Of a stretch of 64,000 nucleotides of DNA, positions 48,851-61,230 are shown in pieces. Origin of the DNA: Guillardia theta CCMP2712 (lineage: Eukaryota; Protista; Cryptophyta). Where the stretch lies: positions 348,974 to 412,973 of the forward strand of contig NW_005434648.1 in assembly GCF_000315625.1 (NCBI RefSeq), given 5' to 3'. Position numbers and translations under genes: made by a program. How positions within the stretch are numbered: the stretch's first letter is position 1; every line of letters starts with the position of its first letter. The notes beneath the pieces were generated by a model. That model did not search any database. It was not told the origin of the DNA and saw only the letters and a program-made list of their open reading frames with translations.

Positions 48851-51488
48851 ATGACTGCGGGATTAGGGGCAGGAAATGGCCCGGGGATGGGCAGGGCGAA
48901 AGTTGTCATGGGACATGCTAAGGTTTAGACAGCAGAAGATTATGGTAGCCCTGGAGGAGCAGAAAATCTTGCAGGAAGAAGGAAGGGAGAATGAACTATC
49001 CTGATAGTGCTTTAGGGGTGTACTGCGTGAACCTGTCTGCTATTCCTGTCATCTCCATGGCTTACCATCACCCGCTCTTGAAGAGCCGCTCCTCTTCGAA
49101 TGCTGTCTGGGATGGGTAAGCTGTCCTCAACAATCAAACAAGTCTTTTTTGAGATTCTTTTCTTCTAGAGTACTGTCCCTTCTTGAAGACTACAAGTCCT
49201 TGATAGTTCCCGTTGCTGCAAACATCGCAACCAGCTACAATGTTTGTGAGTGCCTCATTTCTCGAAAAGATAGTAGTTTGAAGTCGATGCAGGCAACGTT
49301 GGCTATGTCATGCAAATCTTCCGTCTTGAACATCCTGTTCCTCGCTGGGCAGCACCTGCTGTCGCTTCCTCTTGTCTCTGCGGAGCTGTGATTGGGCAGG
49401 TTCGGTGCCCATCCATGCTTCCTGTCTTGCTCCTTTCCGCACTCTTACAGTTTCCCTGTCTCCAAAGCTGCTCTCCGTCTCTCCCCATCTCCAGTCTCTC
49501 CTTTCTCCTTCCTTCCTTCACATCGAGCTTGAATTTTCTCACTGTCTTCATATTAGCTCGTGCTCGGTTGGCTGGGCGATCGTTTCGGAAGGAGACCTGC
49601 GCTGATAGCAACGTTGCTCTTGATTGTTCGTTTGCTCTTTGCTTTGTCTCTCTCCTGTTCTCATCGATTTTTTCAAGATATTTGGAGCCGGAGGAGGGGC
49701 CATCTTTACGCAAGGATACGGGAATTACATCTGGCGCAGGTAAGAAGTGAACAGTCACCGTTTGTGGCCATGCCCTTTCTTGACACCTTCTCCTACCTTC
49801 ATGTCTACTGTCTCTTGATGCCTTCGTTTCTCTCCATTCTTTTCTCTCCTCCTTCACCTTCTCCGCTCCCTCTTTCTCAATCATCAATTTTCAAGTTATC
49901 ATCCTCAAGGAGCTGCGCTCACTTTTGCATGGTTCCTCTCCTCCCTCTCCTGCCATGTTCTTCCTCCTGCTCTTCTCAGCTAACCCTCTTGCCTTCTCTG
50001 CAGTCTCGTGATATGGAGGTTTATCCTTGGCGTGGGGATAGGAGGGACCTATCCCCTGACCGCGGTGTATGCCGGGGAGATGCAGGACGAGAGGAGCATG
50101 GGGAGGACTCGACGAGTTGCGTTGTCCATCTCCATCCAGATCATCGGCAACATCCTTGCTCCCGTCCTCATGTTCATCGTCCTCCTCTTTTTGGGTTCGG
50201 AGAACGTCACGCTCAACCAGACTTCGACGGAGGTGGCATGGAGGTTTCTCCTAGGGGCGGGTGCCGTCCCTGCTTTAGTGGCGCTGCGCGAGATCATGTA
50301 CTCGCAGGAGAGCAGCGAGTTCCTGAGCATCCGGGCGACAGGATTCAGAAGCAGGCTGTCGGACGTCATGAGGACGCTCTCATCGGACGCGAAGATCCGT
50401 CAGCGATTCATTGGGGCGGCAGGAGGCTGGATGTGCTTCGACATCTGCTTCTTCGGGGTAGCCATCTTCCTCCCGCACATCATTCACGATCTGATCGACA
50501 AGGAGGACCATGGCGAGGGCTTCCTGCTCCTCAACTCTGCTGTCTCCGCGCTTATCAACTGCATCGCCATCCCTGCCGTCCTCCTCTCCATGCGACTGGT
50601 GTCTGACGACGGGCTGGGGAGGAAGAACTTGCAGATCGTTAGCTTCTTCCTCATCATGGTCTCATATGCGCTGCTCATGTTCTTCTTTTCCTCCCTCCGG
50701 TCCATTCAGGCGACTACGTCCGTCGTCTTCATGTTCCTCATCCTCTTCTTCTGCCTTAACTTCGGTGCTGGGATGACTACCTACATCCTGCCGCAGGTTC
50801 TTGTGCCCTCTCCTTCTCCCTTCCCTGCCTCCTCTGCTCCTGCCAGGCTATCACGACCTCTGGACACCCTGTTCGTCTCTTCCTAACGTGGCCTGCAGGA
50901 ATCATTTCCCCCTGAGGTCCGGTCGAGCTTGAACGGCATGGCAGCTGCAGCAGGGAAGATCGGAGCTATCGTGGGTACTTCAACATTCGCGCCAAGCGCG
51001 AGGATGTTAGGTAAGAGAAAGAGGACACTGAGGGGGGTTGCGGAGATGCTGGAGCAACGGGTTGGTAGAGATGTAGGGTAAGAGGCGAGAAGGAGGAGGA
51101 GGAGACGGCAGGGATAGAGGAAGGGACGATGAGATAGTTAAGGTGATGGTAGAAGAAGTGCGAGATTGACTATGGAGGAGAGGGAGCTGACCAGAGGGAA
51201 GGTCTGGGTACCACATTCGGATGGTGCTCTCTGTGTGCTCTTATCGGCATGATCGTGACCTTGGTGTACGTGGACGACATGAGGAAAGAAGAGGTGAGAG
51301 GGAGGTGGAGGAGTAGGATGGCTGTGGTCGGCGGAGTCGACCAGGGGCCGGGGGGGCGGGGGGGGGGGAAGGAAGACGAGAGGAGAGAGTTGGAGGATGG
51401 GGAGATGGGGGCTAGTGGCGGTGAAGCTGACGAGTAGCAGGGATTTGATCGGATACCAGACATACCTGAAGTGCAACGCAAGCTGTGA
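48851..51488 (+). CDS. MFS inorganic phosphate:H+ symporter, PHO84/PHT1-like
   Basis: GWLGDRFGRR, WRFILGVGIGGTYPLTAV, WRFLLGAGAVPA, GRKNLQI and NFGAGMTTYILPQ|ESFPPEVRSSLNGMAAAAGKIGAIVG. The start is uncertain. Confidence 0.85.
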
Positions 51489-51594
51489 AGGGGAAGAGAG
51501 GGGAAGGGAAGAGGAAGGACGGGAGCTCGGACGCGGTCAGTCGTCACCACGAGGGAGACGGCGAGCAGGAGATACGACGCACCTGAGAGATGTG

Positions 51595-54500
51595 TTAGAG
51601 GTGAGGAGGGAGAGGAGGGAGGAGGAAGATCGAGGGAGATTCAACAGCAACAAGATGAAGTCCTGACCATTGTTCGCTTCCATCCATCTCCAGCACTGTG
51701 GGAAACAAAGAACTCGCGCTGTTGCCGAAGCCAAGTCTCCCGTTCTTACCCGTCCTGGGAGTTGGAAGTCAAACCCTTCCCGCATTATTCACTATCCTCC
51801 TTCTCATCTCCTACTTATGTTTCAACTCCTATGAGTACCACCTGCCTCCTCCTCCGATGTCCACTACTCCCCTGACTCTCCTCCAGCCTCCTGCATACTC
51901 CCCTGCCGCCGCCTTGTCCTCCTCCTCACCCCCATATGAAGACATTGCCGTCGCTGCCGAGCACGCAGGCATGAAACGCCCCCGAGGAGATCTGCTTGAG
52001 CCTCGGCATGAGGTCCAGCTGCGACCATAGCAGTCAGTAAGAGGGAAGAGGGCAGGACGGGAGAAGGAAGCAAGTCAAGACTGACCTTGCACACGAGCAC
52101 GTTCTCCTCGTTGGAGGTCGTGACCCTCCTGTTCATCCACTCGACCAGCGCCTCAGCCGTCAGGTTCCCCTTCTTGTTCGGCTTCAGCACGTCGGAAGGA
52201 GCCTCGATGAAGAAAGTTCCTCCTCCCTTGGACACCTCCGGCATGAACTTCTCGTGCCAGCAGTCCGCGTCCTCCGGCATCATCCCCGGGATCGGCCGAC
52301 CACGCTTGTCCTTCCTCACCCCGAGGATGGAGAAGAACGGGCCCGTGTTCCTGCTCTCGATCTTGAGGCCCTGGGGGGCAAGGGGCCCCTTGAAGGCGAC
52401 AAAGTCCCCAGGGAGGATGCCAAGGTCCCCCTGGTAGGAGATCTTGAGCACATGATGTTCTATCTTCTCCGAGTCCACAGGCTTCCCGTCCTCGTCCAGT
52501 ATCATCCTCTCCTCCACCTTTCTGAACGTCTCGATGGGCTTCCAGAACCCGTCGGGCTCGTGCACGTTGTAGGAGCAGGAGACCTCTGCGGCGTCGGAGA
52601 GCAGCGTCTCGAGGCGGCGGGGGAGGAAGCAGTCGACTGTCTTGACCTCGGACACCTTCTTTCCCTTGATGATCTTCTCGTCCACAAACACGTTCGACTC
52701 CCTTGACGTCATGTCCAGCCCGCTACCCAAGAGCCAGAGGGTCGAGTCGAGGAGCACGAGGGTATGGCAGGTTCCGCAGGCCACCTGGAAGATCCTGTGC
52801 TCCCTCGACCTCGAAGTCTGCAGCAGGCTCCTGGAGGACTGCAGCAGCTCGTGGGTCTTCCCGACCGACGATCGGAACGTCTTGTTGTGCTGGGAGGAGT
52901 GATGGGTCAAGGTCATGCTCCTGCTCGTAAGGTCGTTCCGCGGCGATCGAGGGGAGACGGGAGCATCAAGGTCGCCAGCAGCCTTCTCCTCCACCCTCGC
53001 AGCACCCTTCTTCTGCTCCTTGGAGGCGAGCTGGTCGAGGTACCTGAGCCCTTGCAGCCTCTTGGCGATGGCATCGTCCTCCAGCAGAACCCTCGCAGTC
53101 TCGATCGTCACCTCTGCCCTCGTCTCCTCCTGGGGGAAGCTGACTTTCTGCGGTCGCTTCACGTCCTCCGGCATCGGGATCGAGCTCTTGTCTCCTCCCT
53201 TTCCTCTGATCAGAGAGTCCCGCAGCTTCTCCATGATCGCCTGCGAGTAAGGAGGCAGGCCGCACTGCCCGCTGTCGTTCTGACCCCACGCGTACACGTC
53301 TCCTTCCACACACACAACGACCGTGTGAGAGGAGCCGCACGAGACGTCCACCACCCTCTTCTCGTCAAGATCCTCCACCCTACGAGGCCTCCTCTCGTCC
53401 TCTTTGCTGCCATGCCCCAGTCGGTACGACTCTCCCCTCCCCCACGTCCACAGCTCGGCAGTCGCCGACCCTGCTTCCCCCACGATGGCGGCTGTGTGAC
53501 TGTCGCCGCACGAGACGCGCGAGACGGGAAGGCCCTTGAAGTCAACGGGCTTGGGGATGGTACCGCAGAGATGCAGAGTGGTAGGACGGGGGAGAGGAGT
53601 GTACGGCTCGCCGGTTGCTGCGATCTCCTTGACCTCCTTGCTCTTTTCCAGGTACCGTTTGACCACTTGCGGCGTCTTCTCCCCCGCCTCTAGTAGAGGC
53701 AGCGCCCCATCGTCTCCATCCTTCTCCAGCTCTCTTCCCAGCTGCCCAAACTTGTTGGACCCGAAAGTGTAGCACGTCCCATCCTGCCCGATGACAGCAC
53801 TATGGGCCCCACCGGCTGCGATCGACCCACGAGAGGTCTTAATGCGAATCCCCGAGGACAGAGCAGAGACTCTCGATCCTTCGGACACGGAAGCATTCTC
53901 CTCCTCTGCCGTCTCCGCGTCCTCCTCCAACTTCTCGATCTCCGGCAAAGGGGTAATCGACTCCACTACTTCAGCAGCGAAGACATCGCAGGATAGCCGG
54001 TCCTTCTGCCAGTACAGCCCCGTCCGTCCGCTATCCCCGCACCCCCACGCATACAGTACCCCGTTATCATCCACCGCCAGCGTGTGGCTGTCTCCACATT
54101 CAACGAGCCGGAACCTGGTAAGGTTCTCGCAGTGATATTCATCGTCAGAATGAGCCTCAATCGAGTCGACGGTCTTCTCCTCCTCGATCTCTCCGTCCTC
54201 ATCAGGAGCTTCTTCGTCCTCCGTGCTCTTCCAGTGGTCCTGGTCACCTTCATCTCGCCTGATTTTTCGCTTCACCTGACATCGCAATCAACAACACATC
54301 GTGCTCTCCGAAACCAACCCTGTGAGGTCCGCAAAAGTAGAATCTCGTCTTCGGCTTCAGCATCTTCCCTCGGATGTGCAGTCGATTCGACTTCTTAGCG
54401 TGTATCGTGTCGCAGCACCTACCGCAGAACACCTGGCGAGCAAGTCAAACTTCAACTGCCAGCCCTGGGCCCGCAAGACCTGAAATCTCCCCTCGTGCGT

Positions 54501-55688
54501 CAGGAACGGGCAGGACTCGCAGTCATACTCGGCCATGAGCACGTTGCAACTATCGCAGAGCAGCGTGACCTCTCGCTCTGCAGTGTTGACAATGCCGAGC
54601 TGCAGGCAAGCTTGAGTCACATCAATTAATCGCAAGTCTCCGACCTGTCCATGTCTGTGGTTGCCAAACGCCCACAAGTCTCCGAATCCGTCGTTGCCCT
54701 CATCCGTCACGAGGATGGTGTGAGACTCTCCACATGAGCAGTAGGAGAATGAGAGGTCGTCATCCTCCTCCTCCTCCTCGGTCGTTTCCAAAGTCTTGAA
54801 ACACGCCAGTCAAGATTGTCGATGGCAAACGTGTCACCATAGTTACCTTGTCACTCCTTGCAAGACTCTTCGACGTCCGAGAAGTTCGCAATTCATTGAC
54901 ATGGCTGTCATCATTCCGCGATCGAGACGATCGCAGGTCCTTCATGCTGTCCTCTGCATTCCGGATGGGGATAGTTTGTCTTGTACCGAAATCAATGCTT
55001 GACTTCTTATGCGCAGAAACTGAGAACACACATGGTAACGCAACGTCAACGCGCTTGCAGTTGCATGAAATCTTACCTGATGGTGCGCTGAGTGATGAGA
55101 TGACTGAGACTTTGTCGCCCGAGACATGTGAGGGAGCAGACTGATCAGCAGCTAACTCGGATCTTGACGTTGGAGCGAGGGTTATAACCAAGTCTTCCCC
55201 TTCTGATCCTCCCCGAGAAACATGCACCTTCACGCTGTTGGTCTGAAATGCGTGTCATGCCAGCTATCACAGCAATGGGCGTGTTGTTTACCGAATGATT
55301 GCAATCAGAGAAAAACTCTTCTCCACCATCATCTACCTCCTGCCCATTCACAGAAGTGATTACATCGTTTTCTTGCAGCCCGCTTCTCTGCGCGATCCCT
55401 CCATCTTCGGTCGAGACGACCTTCCTACAATCAAGTACTCGTTCAGTCAAACAGAGGGAACATCGACGTCCTTCCTCACCCATCTCTGATGTGAAACCCT
55501 AGTCTCTCGCCCATAGTTCGAAGTGAAGGCTCTGGCTCCCCTTCGTCGTTCGCTCTTCCTTCCTCCAGCATGGCATGCGCTCTCTCCTCGGCACTCTCAC
55601 CATGCTCGTTCTGTTTCGACTGTTCCCCTCCTCCTTCTCCTCCTCCCAGCCGAGCAAGCGACCGAACTACCGACGGCAACCACTCCAT
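51595..55688 (-). CDS. RCC1-repeat protein with N-terminal PDZ and an inserted B-box zinc finger
   Basis: RCC1 repeats (CGDSHTLAV...YAWG..GRTG, AGGAHSA...FGSNKFGQLG, SCGSSHTV...WGQNDSGQCG). PDZ-like GGIAQRSGLQENDVITSVNG. B-box-like CDSC...DCESC / FCGRCCDTIH....RLHIR. Confidence 0.85.
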
Positions 55689-55904
55689 CGCCCGAAAAAG
55701 AGAGTCCGGAAAAAAAAAGTCAAGGCCAAACAAAAAAACTTAGTCAGAGAGTTACCCTTTATTGACTGAAAAAGAAGGACAAACCGAAGCAAACAAAGGA
55801 GGGGGAGGATAGAGCCTACAAACCCGCCTCAATAAAATACTAGGAAACGAAGGAGGCAGCGAAAACCGGCACTCCAACCATGTAAGCGACGGCATGCACG
55901 ACAA

Positions 55905-56090
55905 GCAGAGAGTACCGGGCCGCCGGGTCGCCGGCACCGTCGGCGTCGGCACGGGGCTGCGAGCACTCCGAGTATGGTGTACTCTGCGGGCCGGAGTATC
56001 AGTACTAGAGTAGTGACTTCAGGTAGTAGCAGGCTGTTGAGAAGACTCTGGCAGTAGTCACAAGTCCGACTCAGTAACTTAGGCACGGTA
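55905..56090. repeat. CCGG-rich intergenic patch
   Basis: CCGGGCCGCCGGGTCGCCGG...CCGACTCAGT. Confidence 0.6.
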
Positions 56091-56299
56091 AATCTATCGG
56101 TTCATCTTGAACATGGATGGACTTTCGATGAGCATCATTGCAGCTTGCAACATCTCTTGTTGGGTAAGAGGTGCAACAAACATGCATCAAGGCATGAAAT
56201 CGTTAAAAAGGAATATCTTATACAGCCTACAAGCCTATGGACATCAAAGCACAGATTCAAAACACTAAGAACAGCATCTGTATCCTTGTAGCTCCTTTC

Positions 56300-58468
56300 A
56301 GTGAAATTCATCTCCTATGCTTCTTTTCGCCCTCGCTGCATATTTACGGAAGTAGCGCTGTCACAGTGATCAGCACCTTGAGTGAAGTCACAGTTCAATG
56401 ATTCGATTTACCCTCTTGTGCCTCTCCCACGCATCCTTGAAAGAAAGTCACCAACTACAAGATGTCTTTACGGTGATTGCCTCACCTCGGGTGTTCGTGG
56501 CGACTGTAAACTACCTCGAGGAGTGACGGGGCTGACCTTGGGCTTCGGATACGGCAAAGGCTCGAAGATACTGAGATCTTGCAGCGATGGAATCGATTCC
56601 TGACAGAGACAGTCAGGACATGAATGAAGGGAATCATTCAAGTCTTGACCAGCTTTGGGGGGAGCACATGGCTGTTGACCTGGATGTTCTTCAGCGGAAG
56701 TGACCTGCTCAGTACGTTTTCCTTCTAATTCATCGAGCCCATCAGGACGGTTCGATCTTCATTTTGAGAACCTTTGGGTTGGCGATCGCGTCAGTCAATC
56801 TCCTCGCCAGCATGTTGTCGTCTGGCTCCTCCATGTCTTTGCAGGCATTTGAGATCTCAAGGTGGTTATAAGAGCGATTGTGTACCTGATTCGAAGATGA
56901 CCAGTATAACCTTAGCTACCTGAATTGAGCTTTCAATGCAAGTATGAGCATATCACGATCACCTGAATGATGTTTGCAGGGACGGCATTGCTCGACTTCA
57001 ACGATCGCAGGCGGTGAAAGTAAAAATCGAAAGGCTTCGGTAGCTCGGCTTGGGTTCCGACAGAGTGAAAGAAGGGAGCTTCAGGTTCGTTGTCCATAGA
57101 GTTCTGATGACGAATCAGCCATGTCCAACGCAAGCAAACTTGGGTCAAGATCACCTTCGATGCGCTCTCATTCTCATCAGCACCCAGCAGGAGCAGAGAT
57201 GAAGTTTCAGGAGCCGCACTGGGCGGTTGCACCTCCTTCGCTTCTTCCTCCTCAACATCATCAACAGTCTGCACTGAATGCAAATACTGGATCTCCCCGT
57301 CATCTGCTCTCGGGTGTGTTGAGAGAACTTGGGTGGTTTGACAAAGAGACATAATCGACAGAAGCCCCGAGATGGCTGTTGAGATCTCAGCCTTAGGCTC
57401 CATGACAAGAGAGCGACGGGGTACCTATCGATGACACGATATACCGGGGGACGTCAAGATCGTCACATCCAGTCTCTATCACTGCGCATCCCAAGGACAG
57501 GTTGACTGTCACGCATATCCAGGAGAGCAAGACTGAGGACTGCGAGTAATCATCCATCAGACTTGCTGTCTGTTGCACATCAGCAGTACCATTGTGCGCA
57601 GCGTACCAAACCGCAAGTAGCATCTTCCTGCAAAGTTAAGGTCACCGAGAAATCGTTCATCTGTTCACCTACCCATGAGAGGTAAGAGCGGAGCCTGCAC
57701 GATATGAAATGTTGCTGAGCTCCAGAAATCATCTTTGTCCCGAGACTTGTCTATGATAGGTCTGTCTATCATCTGAGTCACCAGGATAGTGGATAGCAGC
57801 AGGATGAAGTTGAGCGAATCTTGCCAAGCACGACAGCAGCGAGAAGTCTGAGGGAGGACGGCGATCAACCAAAGTGAGCACAGGACGGCTCGTGGGAAGA
57901 TGAACAGCATCAAGTTGCCGCTCTCGGGGGTAATCGGAATGAAACAAAGTACTGCAACAGCACCAACGAATATGGTTTGGGTTCCACATTTTTGAAGTAT
58001 GGGATGATATTCGGCGAAATGCAGAGAGGTCTTGCACCAGATATCATTCGAATTCACAGCATCCCTGTTTCTTCTTGAAATGTTCTCCCCTTCCTCGATC
58101 TTGTGCTTGGAAGAAGAGATTTCGTGGAAATGTTGTATGATGGCTTGGATATCGTTGATTTCCTTTGTTTTCCTGAGGACGTCTTCTCGATCCTTCGACA
58201 TCGCCCTGTCAACCTTGAGCTTCTCTACTCTGAAGATGAGGCGCGACAGGTTGCTCTTCATCTCGCTGCTAATCTTGCGCCCGACACTGAAGTTGCTCGC
58301 AATCTCGTCTACCGTGATCCCCACGCTCTCATCCAACCTCCTGCCTTCACCTTGCTGCATATGAGCAGATCCTTGCGGGGCCTTGCTATCAGTATACGGG
58401 CTGATGTTGGCAATCACGTTTCTCCCTCCTCCTCGTCCCCATGCGCCTCCCTCCGCTTCGTCAACCAT
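56300..58468 (-). CDS. Unknown multi-exon membrane protein
   Basis: ORFs 57665-58468, 57393-57623 and 56933-57403 have several hydrophobic segments and intervening GT-AG introns. The 3' end is uncertain. Confidence 0.5.
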
Positions 58469-59190
58469 CGCCGCTCATCACGCTTTGACTCGTTAGCTAA
58501 TAATAGGACTGGTGTGTCCATTTCTGTTCTTTCTTTGTACCTGGCTTATACTTTCTTATACCGACTTCTTGTATAAAGTTTCAGTCGCTCCACATACCAC
58601 ATTCTTTATACATGCTTATACCTTCCTTCTAAATCTCAGTGAAGATTGCCGGGATCTGCCTCGGGGTTGACCAAAGATGGGTCGTAGTGGGGATGCGGGT
58701 CCAAATCGTGTTCCATGTTCCATGTGCAAAGAAATAAGAAATGCTTGCCAACCCTGCTCAACTCTCTTCCTCCTCCTCCTCCTCCTCCTCCTCCTCCTGT
58801 TTGTCTCCTCTACTCATACTCATCCTATCCTTCTCTTCATCTCAACCTCATCTCAACATTTTCTTCTTTATCGTCCTCCTCTTTGTCCCTATCGTCCTCT
58901 TCGTCATTGTCTGCTCCCACATCCTCCACTTTTTGATATAGTTCGTCCCCGTCCTATCAGTCATTGCCCTTGCCCTTCTCTTCCTCTTTGGTCTTGTCTT
59001 GTCCCTCAATTCACGGACATTGCCCATGCGATTCTCGCCGTGGTCTTCGTTCTCGTCCTGATCTTCATTCCTATTCTTCTCTTTAACGCCAAACGAGCCT
59101 CACTGCTTCCTACTACCTCTTCTGTTTCCTTTACATCTCGTGAAATGCATCTCCACCACCTTTGCTACTGACCGCTCCTCTTTTTTCTGC

Positions 59191-59229
59191 TGCCATGCCA
59201 TGCCATGCCATGCCATGCCATGCCATGCC
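59191..59229. repeat. (GCCAT)n microsatellite
   Basis: About 7.5 copies. Confidence 0.9.
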
Positions 59230-59347
59230 TTATCTTTGATCTCACAAACATGTGCTTTCCCTTAATGTTCACCTTTGCTTGGTTTCTTCCCCTCTCCTCG
59301 CTGACTTGTGGACGTTTAAGGTCCGGGGCGACTCTCTCTCTCAACTT

Positions 59348-61145
59348 ATGAGTTTTCTCAATCTCATCGGTCGTCGCGTCTTCTTCCACAAATTTTTCAT
59401 TCCCGCAGCATTCATATGGGCATCTATCGCTCCGATAAGCCTCTCGGAGGGCAATCAGATGAGCTGTCAGTCCTCGAGGCAGGGACGTTACCCGCAAGCG
59501 TACTGGTCGTCAGCCAAGTCGGAGGGCAACATCGTTTCAAGGCTGAGGTTACGAGGGGGGTTGGAGGAGACGGTCATAGAGCCTGAGGCGAGTAAAGACG
59601 CCAACAGCTCGATATCAACTTGGAAGAGGTCGATACTGATAACGGGGGGGTGTGGGTTTATGGGTAGCCACCTGGTAGACAGGCTGGTCCTCAAGTACCC
59701 TCAGTACCTGGTGGTTGTGTTGGATGTTTTGGATGAGTGCAGCTCTACACATCATCTGAGTAAGGTGAAAGATCGACCCAACTTCATCTTCGTCCATGGA
59801 GATGTAAGTCAAGGCTCTTCGCCTGTGACTCGCTCAGGTCTCACAACAAGTTCTCCAGATCCGGGACTCGGAGCTGGTGTCCGTGTTGATGAACGACTAC
59901 AAGGTGGACACTATTCTGCACCTGGCAGCGCAGACGTCTGTGGATCATTCGTTCAAGAGCCCTTCTGTCTTCACCGATGTCAACGTCGTGGGGACTCAGA
60001 GTCTCCTGGAATGCTCTCGCAGGGCGACGAGGCTCAGGCTGTTCCTCTACTGTTCTACCGATGAAGTACTAGATATGATGTTTCCCAGGTCTTTACTGAA
60101 GTTTGTCTTGACAGGTCTACGGAGAAATCAAGGAAGACGCCGCGACAGAGGACTGTCCTCTCCGACCCACCAATCCTTATAGCGCTTCCAAGGCGGCAGC
60201 TGAGCTCTTGGTCATGGGGTATGCGACGTCGTTCAAACTTCCGTGCATCGTGACGAGGTGACCCTGGTGGCGTGTCGCGAGTCTCGCTGATAGTCTGCCG
60301 GCAAGGTGCGTCAACGTCTACGGCTCCCGACAGTTTCCGGAGAAAGTGATCCCTAAGTTCGCCATGCGCTGCAAGTGCGTGAAGAATGAAGTTCTTCACT
60401 GTCGACTCGTCCGTTTTGACTAGCGAATCCCAGGATCGGTCAGCCGTGCTGCATCCATGGAGACGGCCAGGCCAAGAGAAGTTTCATCTATGTTGAAGAC
60501 GTGAGTCTTCTATTCATCATACTTTCCTACTCCTCAGCCCCCCCTCCTCCTCTGGTCATGTTCTTCACCACCAGGTTGCAGAAGCTTTCGACGTCGTCAT
60601 GCACCAGGGGAAGGTGCGGCTGTGCATGACGTGTGACCTCTGTGGAGCGAGAAATCTGAGACGGAGGAGCAGGCGGGGAACGTGTATAACATCGGGTCCA
60701 AGGATGTCGTCAGCGTTCGCTACATAGCAGACAAGATATCTGAGGCCATCACGGGCAGCGCCGGACTTATCCAAAACGTGCCTGACAGGCTTTACAACGA
60801 CTGCAGGTGAGTGCATTTTCCCACTGATTCATGCTTGCTGCCCCTTTCTTCCTGCTTCAGTCTCTTGCTGCTCGTGCTCATCACACGGGTTCCAGGTATG
60901 CACTCAACTGCTCCAAGCTTGAAGGCCTCGGTTGGAAGCAGCGGACGCCCTTTGAAGACGGGCTGCACAGAACTCTCGAGTGGTACATGGAGAATGGCGG
61001 GGAACCCTGGGCCTCCGACGCCTGCGATCGCGCTCTCCTTCCTCACAGCCATCTGGATGGCAGGGGAGACCTTTCAGGAGTCCCTTGGAGCGTCCAGGAG
61101 ATGGAAGACGTAGAAGATGTGCTGAGATCCGCTGGAGTGTTTTGA
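59348..61145 (+). CDS. dTDP/UDP-glucose 4,6-dehydratase (TGDS/RmlB/RHM N-domain family) with N-terminal presequence
   Basis: ILITGGCGFMGSH, ILHLAAQTSVDHSF, STDE|VYG, PTNPYSASKAAAE (YxxxK), QFPEKVIPKF, HGDGQAKRSFIYVED and DRLYND.RY. Confidence 0.93.
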
Positions 61146-61230
61146 CATGTCAAGAGCTCGATGTTTGTTATTTACAAATGAAAATTTGCTTTCGGAGGTG
61201 TATCGTGTACCACAGGCTGCGCGAGAGTCT

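Noticed and set aside
51397-51666. Apparent coding overlap between the transporter and RCC1 gene ends
   Set aside because: In-frame splicing ends the transporter at 51488 and the RCC1 gene at 51595, so there is no overlap.
52764-53693. 309-aa + strand ORF
   Set aside because: Antisense shadow of the GC-rich RCC1 exon.
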